Of a stretch of DNA of 64,000 nt, positions 10,171-20,524 are shown piece after piece. Made by a program: the position numbers and the translations under genes. Below the pieces are notes generated by a model, which made no database searches, was not told the origin of the DNA, and saw only the letters and a list, made by a program, of their open reading frames with translations. Each line of letters opens with the position of its first letter. The first letter of the stretch is position 1. Origin of the DNA: Nostoc sp. (GTDB lineage Bacteria; Cyanobacteriota; Cyanobacteriia; Cyanobacteriales; Nostocaceae); contig JBALDB010000017.1 in the NCBI GenBank assembly GCA_036918135.1, positions 1-64,000 on the forward strand, in the 5' to 3' direction.

Positions 10171-10626
10171 CTAAAAATATTTCAACTGGATTTGAATATT
10201 AGTGTTCGGCCCTGCTACCAAAAATGCTGCTTGGCTAAATTTGGGGGCACTTGTGGTAATTTCTGGGTTCCTGGAAAATCCAAAGCCTTCGATGGGTATA
10301 CCAAGGATATTACGATTGAGAGTGCGATCGCTATTTCGATCGTGGATTACAGCAACGGCATAATTACCTGCTTTTAAGTTCTCAAAGGTAATCAGCAAGG
10401 GAGTATCAGTAATCTTAATGCACTGTCCTTGTAAAACGCGATCGCGTTGGTTAGGAAATCCTTGACTGTTAGCAAATATACTTGCACAAACTTGTCCTTG
10501 TTTATTCTTTAATCCATCAATTTCCACGGTGAGTTTACCGTTATAATCTGCTTTTGCAGTAAATGACCATACTAAATTTCCTAAGACTGCCAACAGTAGC
10601 ATACTAACTCTCAATCCTCTTACCAT
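10171..10626 (-). CDS. DUF2141 family secreted protein
   Basis: Signal peptide; GNYAVAVIHDRNSDRTLNRNILGIPIEGFGFSRNP motif. Confidence 0.85.
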   Translation of the reverse strand: MVRGLRVSMLLLAVLGNLVWSFTAKADYNGKLTVEIDGLKNKQGQVCASIFANSQGFPNQRDRVLQGQCIKITDTPLLITFENLKAGNYAVAVIHDRNSDRTLNRNILGIPIEGFGFSRNPEITTSAPKFSQAAFLVAGPNTNIQIQLKYF

Positions 10627-10699
10627 AAAATTTTTCCTTTGTTATTGGTCATTGGTTATTGGTCATTTATTACTGGTTTTAAACAAATGACAATTATAA

Positions 10700-12523
10700 C
10701 TATTGAGCTGAACTTGAAACGATAGGTAATGTAAACCAGAAAGTTACTCCGGCTTGAGGATTGGGATTAATACCAATTTCGCCACCATGAGCATTGATGA
10801 TTTGCTTGGATAGATACAACCCCAATCCCAAACCTACAGAATTGCGGATGCTACTACCCCGGAAGTAAAGCTCAAAAAGCCGATCGCTTTGTTGTTGACT
10901 AATACCCACGCCGTTATCACTGACAGTACAATAAATGTTGTTACCCTCAACAGTAGCGTTGATTGTCAAAAGCAATCCAGGTGGATTGTGTTTGAGAGCA
11001 TTGACAATTAAGTTAGAAAAAACTCGCCATAATTGCGTAGGATCTACATTCACTAATGGCAATGCGGATACCAAATTTGTCACAGTTGCTTGATTTTGCA
11101 CCACTAATGGCTCTAAATCTGCCAGCGCTGCTTCGACAATCGACAGTAATTGTACGGCTTGACGTTGTAAAACAATACCTTGTACCTCATTGATATGAGC
11201 TTCCATCAACGAATTAATTAAGTTAAGTTGGCGATCGCTACTTTGAATCATCCGCTCTAAAATTGAGCGTCGCACAGGGATTAGGGATTGAGAAGAAACT
11301 TCTTTAATAATTCTTCCTTGTCCCCCTTGTCCTTGCTCCCCAATTCCCAGTCCCTCACTGTTGAGCAGATTCTTCAGTACCATTAAAGTACCTAGCACTG
11401 GGTTACGTAAGTCGTGAGAAACTGCATGAAAAAACACTCGTAGTTCTTCTTCAGTTTGTTTGCGCTGTGTAATGTCTTCAATCAAACCTTCGTAGTACAG
11501 CAGCTTTCCTCGTTCGTCACGGACTGCATAGGCTTTTTCGGAAATCCAAACAATACTCCCATCTCGGCGATAAATTTGAGACTCGAACTCGGAAACCCTG
11601 CCATACTTTTCCATCAGGCGCACAAATTCTGCTCGGCGGTTTGGATCGACATACAATTGGTGTTCAATATCAGTGAAATTTGCTGTTACTTCCTCTGGTG
11701 ATGAGTAGCCATAAATACGTGCTAAAGCAGGATTTGCTGTAATGTAACGTCCATCAGGACTGCTTTGAAAGATACCTTCTACAGCGTTTTCAAAAATGGT
11801 GCGATATTTCGCTTCTGCAACTTTGAGTTTCTGGTAGGCAGATTCAAGTTCTTGATGGGCGTAAAACTCAGAGCGTTGCAGGCGATCGTACAAATAAACA
11901 CCGATATCACATATCGTACAAAACCAAAAAATATATAAAATAAACGTTACATTATATATCTCTGGGTGTTCTGGGATTGGTGTTTTTAGTCCAAGTGCTG
12001 TGTTGACCCCAAAATAGTAAATTAGCACACTTGCTTGAGACAGCAAGTGAAGAGTCCAGCAGACTGGGATTAAGATAGCTTGACTCAAGAACAGCAGCGA
12101 CCAACCGATGCTATCGGGTAGTGCAAAACCTCTGAAGGTTGCAAATAACTGCGATACTAGACTAATTGACCAAGAAGAACCCAAAAATAATAAATCTGGA
12201 CGATGACGACCAAATTTAGTTTTATGTAGGGCAAAGCAGATAAGTATATTTATAAGCATTGTAATATTCAGTACAATGCTTCTCGGTCGGAGTAATTGTG
12301 GCAGTTTCTCCAACTCTTGCAAAGGGAAAAACAAGCCGTAAATGTCTCGCAAAGTAAAAGATAACAGACAAATCAGCGCCAGCCACAACCATAAATGCAA
12401 TCTCTGCCACAAAAATTGGTTGCGCCAAGCTTTGTATAGAGTAATAATTTTATCTGTTGTTGGTGCAGAAAAGGTTTTTCTGTACCACCTTTGCACTGTT
12501 GTAAATGGGGTAGCCATTAGCAT
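10700..12523 (-). CDS. Membrane-bound PAS sensor histidine kinase
   Basis: N-terminal TM helices, PAS (YRTIFENAVEGIFQ), H-box VSHDLRNP, N-box NALKH, DNGVG, GLGLGL. Confidence 0.9.
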   Translation of the reverse strand: MLMATPFTTVQRWYRKTFSAPTTDKIITLYKAWRNQFLWQRLHLWLWLALICLLSFTLRDIYGLFFPLQELEKLPQLLRPRSIVLNITMLINILICFALHKTKFGRHRPDLLFLGSSWSISLVSQLFATFRGFALPDSIGWSLLFLSQAILIPVCWTLHLLSQASVLIYYFGVNTALGLKTPIPEHPEIYNVTFILYIFWFCTICDIGVYLYDRLQRSEFYAHQELESAYQKLKVAEAKYRTIFENAVEGIFQSSPDGRYITANPALARIYGYSSPEEVTANFTDIEHQLYVDPNRRAEFVRLMEKYGRVSEFESQIYRRDGSIVWISEKAYAVRDERGKLLYYEGLIEDITQRKQTEEELRVFFHAVSHDLRNPVLGTLMVLKNLLNSEGLGIGEQGQGGQGRIIKEVSSQSLIPVRRSILERMIQSSDRQLNLINSLMEAHINEVQGIVLQRQAVQLLSIVEAALADLEPLVVQNQATVTNLVSALPLVNVDPTQLWRVFSNLIVNALKHNPPGLLLTINATVEGNNIYCTVSDNGVGISQQQSDRLFELYFRGSSIRNSVGLGLGLYLSKQIINAHGGEIGINPNPQAGVTFWFTLPIVSSSAQ

Positions 12524-12604
12524 CCAAGCAACTTTGCCTATACAGTTGAAGGTGTTTTCTTCCTCAAGATTGCCACAAATAACACCTTCGCATTTTTTGG
12601 TAAT

Positions 12605-15280
12605 TTATGGGCGATTTGTTGTGGATGTAGTTGCTAAAGGTAATGTAAACCAGAAAGTTAACCCGCGCTTGCGGTTAGTAATTGCACCAATTTCGCCCCC
12701 ATGTGCCTTAATAACTTGGCGACAAAGATACATTTTTAAGCCAATGCTTGTGGAACAACAATCTTGGGGGTCGCGGACGTGTAGATCGAAAAGGCGATCG
12801 CACTCTAGTTTACTCATGGCTACACCATCATCTTGAATCTGAGTGCGAATCATTCCAGCTTCAACGGTGGCACTTAGGGTAAAGTTTATTCCTGGGAGAT
12901 TATTTTCCAAGCTACGCGTTACTAAATGCGCCACAACTTTTTGCAACCGAGTTGCATCTGCCATCACTAATGGTAAATCTAGGGGAATCAAGTTTTTCAC
13001 AGTTGCTTGATTTTGTGTGAGTATGGGTTGCAACTGAGCAAAGATTCCTGCTAGTAGGGTGCTAAATTGCACGAGTTCGAGTTTAATTCCCAGGCCTTGT
13101 TTTTCACTGCAATTAATTTCTAACAATGAGTTAATCATTGTCAGTTGGCGATCGTTACCTTGAATCATCCGCTCGATTATTGAGCGAGATACGGAAATTT
13201 GTGACGAAGAAGACGCAAGAGTGCGGGGAAGGGGAGACGCAGCAAAAGAAGACGCAATGGGGAGATGCTCTGAGGCTGTTAAAGAATTTTCCGTCTCTCC
13301 CACTCTTTCTATCTTCAGATCGCCATCTTTGGGCGTCGCCGTGTCTTTATGTGTTTGTGTCTCTCCGGGTTCTGGCGTCAGAGCGTTCCTCACTCCCTGA
13401 TTTAACAAATTTTTTAACACCATCAAGTTACCCATCACGGAAGTTCGTAAATCATGGGCAACTGTGTGTAAAACTACATCTTTAATACGATGTAATTCTT
13501 CAACTTCTTGGATTTTTTGTTGCAATTGTGCTGTACGTTCTCGTACTTGCTGTTCTAAATTAGTGTTGAGTTCTGCTAGTTCTTGGTAAATCCGGCTTTG
13601 ATGAATGGCGATCGCTACTTGTTGTGACATTTGTTGTAGCAAATCAATTTCTATTGCTTGCCAGTGACGCGGCGCTGAGCATTGATTGGCAATTAATGCA
13701 CCAAATAATTCTTCATTTAGCATAATTGGTACAGCCAAACTAGCTCTAGTTTGAAATTTTTGACAGTGTACTGTTACTTTGGAAGATTTTGGCATTTGCG
13801 TTATATCTTCAACAACACGTACAACATTATTTTTTAATAAGTTTTTTAATTCTTGAATATAAGCTTCATCATTAGTAGACCAACCTGAAAGGGATGGATA
13901 TTTGGGGTCTACTGATTCAGCAATAGTTCTAATTCCTAAATTAGCATTATTTAAAGTAATAAAAACCCGGTCTGCTTGCAGAAATTGCCTAACTTCGGTA
14001 ACAGTGGTTTGGAGAACTTGCTCTAAGTTCAGCGAAGACCGAATTCGTACTAGGGTTTTTGCCAACAAGCGATCGCGTTGTGCTGAGAGGTGTAATTTGG
14101 CTTCTTGCTGCTTGCGTTGTGTAATATCGTGATGAACTGCTAGTAAGCAAGGGATACCATCCAAATCAATGACTTCGGCTGAAAGCAAGACTGTAATTAT
14201 ATTTCCAGATTTTGGCCGAAATTGTAATTCTAAATTACGAATCGCTCCTGTAGCTTGTAATTCTTGTATTAACTTTAGGCGATCGCCTGCATCGATCCAA
14301 AGATTTAAATCAAAAGAAGTTTTACCAATTGTTTCATCTCGCTGGTAACCTGAAAGTTTCACAAAACTGTCGTTAACTTCTAGAATACGTCCTTCTTTGA
14401 GGCTACTAATAGTAATTGAATCGGGGCTGCAACTAAAAGCTTTAGCAAATTTTTGGGCAAGATTTTGGAGAGCGATTTCTGCTTGTTTGCGTTCTGTAAT
14501 GTCTCGGACAATTGCTAGAATCTCGTCTTTACCGCTAATTACTAAGCGCGCTTCATAATCTCTGATTCCTAAGGGCGTCGGTAGCTGATATTCGCAAGTT
14601 TGTAGAGTTCCAGTGTCTAAAGTTTTAGCGATCGCTTCTTGACTAATCGCTGCAACATCACTCGGCAATAATTCCTGCAAATTTTTTCCTACTATTTCTT
14701 CTCGAGTGAGCGTGACATTTGCTCCCTCACTTTTCAAGTCGAGATACTCGCCATCGCGGCTAATACGAAACATCAAATCGGGAATAGCAGACAAAATTGC
14801 TTTATAGCGCGCTTCACTCTCTTGCAATTTTTCTTGGGCTAGTTTTTGCTCTGTAATATCCATGACTAAGCCATTCCAAAGCAAATCCCCTTCTGGTTGC
14901 GGTTCTGCACTAGAACTAGCTTGAATCCACTTCATCCCACTAGGAGTAATGATGCGGCCTTCCCAATGCCAGGGTGTAAAAGTGGTGCTACAAACAGTTA
15001 TAGATTCTTTAAAAACTTTTAGATCCTGTGGATGAATCAGTTTGGATAATGCCTGAAAGTCTGCTGCAATAACTTCTGGTTCTATTTCAAACAAATTTTG
15101 ACAACCAGAACTCAAATAAAGCACAGACACAGAAGCATCCTGTCGTTGCAGAAGTTGGAAAATAACTCCAGGTAAATTGACAGCAATTTTTGATAGCATG
15201 TTAATAACCTCTTGCTGACAATTTGGTGTAGACAGGGATTTGACAACGATTTCATCCACTATTCGACCCTTTATAAACAA
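12605..15280 (-). CDS. PAS-PAS-PAS-GAF histidine-kinase-like protein with degenerate ATPase domain
   Basis: Three PAS/PAC units, GAF (VRQFLQADRV), H-box VAHDLRTS; altered N and G boxes; start uncertain (TTG 15280 or ATG 15199). Confidence 0.85.
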   Translation of the reverse strand: MFIKGRIVDEIVVKSLSTPNCQQEVINMLSKIAVNLPGVIFQLLQRQDASVSVLYLSSGCQNLFEIEPEVIAADFQALSKLIHPQDLKVFKESITVCSTTFTPWHWEGRIITPSGMKWIQASSSAEPQPEGDLLWNGLVMDITEQKLAQEKLQESEARYKAILSAIPDLMFRISRDGEYLDLKSEGANVTLTREEIVGKNLQELLPSDVAAISQEAIAKTLDTGTLQTCEYQLPTPLGIRDYEARLVISGKDEILAIVRDITERKQAEIALQNLAQKFAKAFSCSPDSITISSLKEGRILEVNDSFVKLSGYQRDETIGKTSFDLNLWIDAGDRLKLIQELQATGAIRNLELQFRPKSGNIITVLLSAEVIDLDGIPCLLAVHHDITQRKQQEAKLHLSAQRDRLLAKTLVRIRSSLNLEQVLQTTVTEVRQFLQADRVFITLNNANLGIRTIAESVDPKYPSLSGWSTNDEAYIQELKNLLKNNVVRVVEDITQMPKSSKVTVHCQKFQTRASLAVPIMLNEELFGALIANQCSAPRHWQAIEIDLLQQMSQQVAIAIHQSRIYQELAELNTNLEQQVRERTAQLQQKIQEVEELHRIKDVVLHTVAHDLRTSVMGNLMVLKNLLNQGVRNALTPEPGETQTHKDTATPKDGDLKIERVGETENSLTASEHLPIASSFAASPLPRTLASSSSQISVSRSIIERMIQGNDRQLTMINSLLEINCSEKQGLGIKLELVQFSTLLAGIFAQLQPILTQNQATVKNLIPLDLPLVMADATRLQKVVAHLVTRSLENNLPGINFTLSATVEAGMIRTQIQDDGVAMSKLECDRLFDLHVRDPQDCCSTSIGLKMYLCRQVIKAHGGEIGAITNRKRGLTFWFTLPLATTSTTNRP

Positions 15281-15680
15281 GTTATTGATGTATAATTAAA
15301 AGCTAGAATAGCCAATTGAGCAGTTTTGATTCTGTTGGCGATGATGCTGGCACAATCAAAACTGCACCTTCTTTTAGAGTAGTTCCTGACCAGGCGATCG
15401 CATTCACCCAATCGGGTGAACCAGTTGTCAGGCGGCAAATCACAGTAGTGCTAAGTTTTAAGTCTAGAATCACCAAACTGTTGTTCGCTGCAAGTCGTCA
15501 TTCACAGTTCATCCAGTTAACGCTCCTTGATTGTGTTTAGATTGCGATCTCGCTAATAATCAAGCAAAAAATATTAATCGCACTTGTGAAAAAAACTTTG
15601 CGCTCTCCTGAAATTAAGCTTTTCATTACAATTGAAAACTAGAATAAAGTATATCTGAATAGTCCAGTCAAAAACGATTC

Positions 15681-15689
15681 AGTATTCCC
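15681..15689 (-). promoter_or_regulatory. Candidate SigJ-type extended -10 element (J-box)
   Basis: Exact GGGAATACT on the minus strand, oriented toward the 15280 kinase. Confidence 0.4.
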
Positions 15690-15978
15690 CCATTTGAGTA
15701 ATTATTCAAATAGTCATTGTGACAAGCTATAATATCAACTCTAGTTCAAAAATAATTATGATTAAAGATTATACCCCTTGGCAGCCGAAAACTGATAAAG
15801 TTCATTTATAATATGTACTAAAACGATATAGACTACTTAAAAAGTTTAAACAATCTAAACTGACTTGAGATAACAAACTTTTTATAGAAAACTTTCAGTA
15901 GTTCAATACTTTTCCTTAAAAAAGTAGACAAGTGCTATCCCTTTTGTCTTATCCTAAGTAAAAAGGCATAAAAAAATA

Positions 15979-16176
15979 ATGCCAACTACGAAGCAAAAAT
16001 CTACTTCAGATTTAGTCTGTAAACTGCGGCAACACCTGAATTCTCAAGAACGGGTTGCTGCTAATTTGGGCGTTTCATTTAAAACCGTGAATCGTTAGAA
16101 GAACGGACATAGTATGCCGTAACCGATGGCACTTAAGTTAATTAAAGACCAGTTGCTTGGTGGGTGTGCCGGGTAA
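15979..16176 (+). pseudogene. XRE-family HTH regulator pseudogene
   Basis: Translates MPTTKQKSTSDLVCKLRQHLNSQERVAANLGVSFKTVNR*KNGHSMP*PMALKLIK; in-frame stops at 16096 (position of the conserved W) and 16120. Confidence 0.75.
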
Positions 16177-16217
16177 AACATTATTAAATTAGTATTTCCC
16201 AGAGATGGAGCTTGGCG

Positions 16218-19200
16218 ATGACCTCACAAGAGCAAAAGCCAATTGGTTTAGAAGACATTCTGATTACGGAAGAACTATCTTGTCGCTCGAAGAGAACATC
16301 TGACTTGCAAGCCGAGAACCAAGCTCTACATACTCTGGCTCAGCAACTTGCTCAATCGCCCCAAAGTATGCTCAAAACCCTTGTTGGTGTTGCTAGGAAT
16401 CTCTGTCAAGCAGGAACTGCCGGGGTCAGCTTACTAGAAGTATCATCCACTGGAGAGTCAATTTTCCGTTGGGTAGCACTGGCTGGAGAGTTAGAGCAAT
16501 ACGAGCAAATGACAACCCCAAGTAATTTTAGCGCTTGTGGAGTGTGCCTAGAGAGGCGATCGCCCCAACTTTATTTCTACCCCGAACAGTACTTCACTTA
16601 CTTGGAACAAACCAAACCTGCGATTGTTGAGGGCTTAGTTATTCCTTTAGTGATTGAGGATCAGCCCTTAGGTACGATCTGGATCGTGTCTGACGACGAG
16701 CAACGGCAGTTCGATAGCGAAGATGTGCGGCTTCTTACGAGCTTGGCAAATTTTACCGCCGCCGCCCTGCAAAGTAGTCGCACCCGTCAAGCGGCTGTTG
16801 ATGCAGGGCAGGCTCTGCACGAAAGCCAAGCCCAAATGCAAAGCCTGCTTTTAAATATACCAGAGATGGTTTATCGCTATCTACCTGGAGTCGATAGAGC
16901 GCATCGCTTTGCCTTTGTTAATTCGGGTTGCCTTGATTTATTTGAAGTAGAGCCATCAGCGGCATTACAGGACGCTGATTTAATTTGGAACCAGATTCAT
17001 CCCAACGATCGCCTCTCATTTCAAGCATCGGTTACAAGAGCCGTTGAGAACTTTCTTACTTGGGACTGGCAAGGCAGAATTATTACGCCTAGTGGCAAAC
17101 TTAAGTGGATTCAAGGCAAGTCGAGTGCGTTACGAACCGCAGACGGAAATGCATGGGACGGCTGGCTGATCGATATTACCGATCGCAAACAAATCAAAGA
17201 AGCCCTGCAAGAAAGTGAGCGAACCATCACAACCATGCTCAGTAATCTGCCGGGAATGGTCTATCGCTGCTTAATGGATGAGAATTATACCTTTGAGTTT
17301 GCGAGTGAGGGATGTCTACAACTGACTGGCTATCGTCCAGCTGACTTTGGGCATAATGGGCAGATTGCTTACGCTGACATTATACATCCAGACGATGGAG
17401 ACCGAATTCGAGATCGAGTCACCACAGCATTAGAGCAACGGCAGCAATTCACTGTGACCTACCGGATCTTCACTGCCAATGGCGATATGCATTGGGTTTG
17501 GGATCGGGGCATTGGGGTATACGCCACGGATGGAAAACTGATTGCGATCGAAGGGTTTGTTGCTGATTTAACGGAGTCTAAGCAAGCTGAGTCTGCATTA
17601 CGAGAAAGCGAGGAGCTAAAGCAACGTATTTTAGAGAGCAGTAAAGACTGCATCAAGGTCTTAACGCTAGAGGGGCATCTCCTTTACCTGAATACAGGGG
17701 GGCTACATCTTTTAGAAGTTGACGATCCGGCATCGATTCTCAATAGCGACTGGGCTAGTTTCTGGCAAGGCGAAGATTATCAACAGGCTCAAGCCGCGCT
17801 CGTAACCGCCAGAATGGGCGATATTGGTCGATTTCAAGGGTATTGTCCCACTCTGAAGCGTCAGCCGAAATGGTGGGATGTAATTGTCACACCGATTCGA
17901 GATGCCTCAGGACAAGTTGTCCAACTCTTATGCATGTCACGGGACATTACCGAAGCAAAGCACCATGAAACTGAACGCCAACAAGCCCAAATGGCGCTAC
18001 GAGAAACGCACGTGCAATTAGAGTCCGCTTTGGTGGCTGGATCGGTTTACACTTGGCGCTGGAACATTAAGAGCGATCGCGTTATTGTTAATGCTGCATT
18101 TGCTCACTTGTTTGGAGTAGACCCCACGCTTGCGACCACAGAAGGGTTGCCGATCGAGCTGTTTATCGCTGCCATGCACGAAGAAGACCGCTTGAGCGTT
18201 TGGCCTGCAATTAATCAAGCGATTAAATCGGGTCAGAGGTATGCCACCCAATACCGCGTTCGCACTGCCAGTGGCGAGGAGCGATGGCTGTCGGCTTGCG
18301 GGCGAGTCGAGTATGATGCGGCTGGCAGTGCTGTTTCTTTTCCTGGCGCACTCATCGATATTACCGAACTAAAACTTGCCGAAGCAGCCTTGCGTCGTTC
18401 GGAGGAACGCTATCGAACGCTGTTTGAGTCCATTGATGATGGCTTCTGCATCATCGAAATGCTGTTTGATGAAAACAATACGCCGAGCGATTACCGCTTT
18501 TTGCAAATCAATCCGGCATTCGAGAAACAAACCGGACTCGTAGAAGCAGAAGGCAAAAGAATGCTTCAACTCGTTCCGACGCATGAAAAGCATTGGTTTG
18601 AAATTTACGGCAGAATTGCCTTAACGGGTGAACCTGCTCGTTTTGAAAATCGTGCTGAAGCGCTCAACCGTTGGTTTGAGGTGTATGCCTGCCGGATAGG
18701 AGAACCACCAAGTCGGAAAGTCGCCGTCCTGTTCAAGAATATCACCGAGCGCAAGCGCATCGAAGCTGAACGAGAACAAATTCTGCAACGAGAACAAGCC
18801 GCCCGCGAAGCTGCCGAAACTGCAAATAGAATAAAAGATGAATTTTTAGCGGTACTCTCTCACGAGTTGCGATCGCCCCTCAATCCGATTTTAGGTTGGT
18901 CGAGTATGCTTCGCAGCGGTAGATTAAATGCTGCGAAAACAGCTTATGCTTTGGAAACAATCGAACGCAACGCCAAGCTACAGGTACAACTAATTGAGGA
19001 TTTGTTAGATGTCTCTCGCATATTGCGTGGCAAACTCAGTCTCAACATGGCTAGAGTTGACTTGGCATCAACCATTACAGCTGCTATGGAAACGGTGCAG
19101 TTAGCTGCCCAAGCTAAATCAATTTCAGTTGAGACGATGTTTGAAAAAGAGGTAGGACAAATCCTTGGGGATTCTGCCCGTTTACAGCAAATTATCTGGA

Positions 19201-19961
19201 ATTTACTTACTAACGCTGTTAAGTTTACGCCTGATGGTGGAAGCGTGGAAATTGAACTTAAGAGCATAGGAGTGCAAGCTCAGATTCAAGTTAGAGATAC
19301 AGGCAAAGGTATCGATCCAGACTTTCTCCCCCATGTATTTGAATACTTCCGTCAAGCCGATAGTACAACAACTCGGACATTTGGCGGATTAGGGTTAGGG
19401 TTGGCGATCGTTCATCACTTGGTGGAACTACACGGGGGAACCGTTCGCGCAGACAGCCCAGGAGTTGGACAGGGGGCTACATTCACCGTCGTGCTGCCGC
19501 TTTTTAAAGATGAAAGCCAAACACATTTGGATGAATCAACTTCTTCATCTGTGATTGCAAGTTCCTTATCGCTTCCCCTGGCAAATCTGCGAGTTTTGCT
19601 AGTCGATGACGATACAGACACACGAAATTTGATTGCTTTTATACTAGAGCAAAATGGTGCCCTCGTTACCTCAACAACTTCCGCAATCGAAGCTTTGCAA
19701 GTTTTTAAGCAAACAAACTTTGATTTGTTGGTCAGCGATATTGGAATGCCTCGAATGGACGGCTATATGCTGATGCAGCAAATCCGGGCAATCACGCGCC
19801 CTGAAGGCAGAGAAATTTTGGCGATCGCTCTGACTGCCTATGCCGGAGAAATCAACCAACAGCAAGCGTTCGCAGTAGGGTTTCAAAGACATGTTACCAA
19901 ACCAATTGAGCCAGAAAATCTGGTGAAGGTTATTGCCGATCTAATCAAGGCTCAATCCTGA
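16218..19961 (+). CDS. Hybrid sensor histidine kinase/response regulator (GAF, multiple PAS, HisKA, HATPase, REC)
   Basis: LSHELRSPL H-box, NAVKFT, DTGKG, GGLGLGL; receiver VLLVDD...SDIGMP...KP. Confidence 0.93.
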   Translation: MTSQEQKPIGLEDILITEELSCRSKRTSDLQAENQALHTLAQQLAQSPQSMLKTLVGVARNLCQAGTAGVSLLEVSSTGESIFRWVALAGELEQYEQMTTPSNFSACGVCLERRSPQLYFYPEQYFTYLEQTKPAIVEGLVIPLVIEDQPLGTIWIVSDDEQRQFDSEDVRLLTSLANFTAAALQSSRTRQAAVDAGQALHESQAQMQSLLLNIPEMVYRYLPGVDRAHRFAFVNSGCLDLFEVEPSAALQDADLIWNQIHPNDRLSFQASVTRAVENFLTWDWQGRIITPSGKLKWIQGKSSALRTADGNAWDGWLIDITDRKQIKEALQESERTITTMLSNLPGMVYRCLMDENYTFEFASEGCLQLTGYRPADFGHNGQIAYADIIHPDDGDRIRDRVTTALEQRQQFTVTYRIFTANGDMHWVWDRGIGVYATDGKLIAIEGFVADLTESKQAESALRESEELKQRILESSKDCIKVLTLEGHLLYLNTGGLHLLEVDDPASILNSDWASFWQGEDYQQAQAALVTARMGDIGRFQGYCPTLKRQPKWWDVIVTPIRDASGQVVQLLCMSRDITEAKHHETERQQAQMALRETHVQLESALVAGSVYTWRWNIKSDRVIVNAAFAHLFGVDPTLATTEGLPIELFIAAMHEEDRLSVWPAINQAIKSGQRYATQYRVRTASGEERWLSACGRVEYDAAGSAVSFPGALIDITELKLAEAALRRSEERYRTLFESIDDGFCIIEMLFDENNTPSDYRFLQINPAFEKQTGLVEAEGKRMLQLVPTHEKHWFEIYGRIALTGEPARFENRAEALNRWFEVYACRIGEPPSRKVAVLFKNITERKRIEAEREQILQREQAAREAAETANRIKDEFLAVLSHELRSPLNPILGWSSMLRSGRLNAAKTAYALETIERNAKLQVQLIEDLLDVSRILRGKLSLNMARVDLASTITAAMETVQLAAQAKSISVETMFEKEVGQILGDSARLQQIIWNLLTNAVKFTPDGGSVEIELKSIGVQAQIQVRDTGKGIDPDFLPHVFEYFRQADSTTTRTFGGLGLGLAIVHHLVELHGGTVRADSPGVGQGATFTVVLPLFKDESQTHLDESTSSSVIASSLSLPLANLRVLLVDDDTDTRNLIAFILEQNGALVTSTTSAIEALQVFKQTNFDLLVSDIGMPRMDGYMLMQQIRAITRPEGREILAIALTAYAGEINQQQAFAVGFQRHVTKPIEPENLVKVIADLIKAQS

Positions 19962-20524
19962 AAACCCCAAAATGTAAAGGACAAGCCTGACATTCCTATT
20001 TGGCAGACTGAACAAAAGTACTATAGCGACAAATCATTTAGGATTGCGATACAAGTAAGAAACTAAATTGAACTAACTAGAATCGGTTAAATTATCAAAT
20101 CTTTAACTTGTTGAAAGAGTTGGGAATTTTATTGTTCGTAGTTATATTAAAATTGAACTTCATAATTTATTGATATTTTTGTGACTTAGGCACAGACAAA
20201 ATGTGAGTACTTTACAACTAGTCGTAAAGTTTCCATCGTGTTGACACACGATTGATATATGATTTGCTTAAGCTTTTTAAATGAAGGACTAGTCCCAATA
20301 GGAAAGATTTAAAAAGGTGATATGAATTTTTATCTATAAATAACATATAACAATCCTATTTGAGTTAGAAAATATCTTATTGCTGACTGTTAACTGTTAA
20401 CAGTAGCAATATTTCGCTTTTTTATTTAAGGGAATTCTAGCTTTCCATTCCCTATTTTTAAAGCAGGGTTATAAAAGATTCAAGTTTAGGAAATTTTTGG
20501 TAAACAATTAAATATGAATTTTAT

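Noticed and set aside
15316..15540. 74-aa + strand ORF and an interrupted - strand frame containing WVNAIAWS
   Set aside because: Weak start and no family resemblance; the WD40-like word is probably chance around a HIP1 site. Region treated as non-coding.
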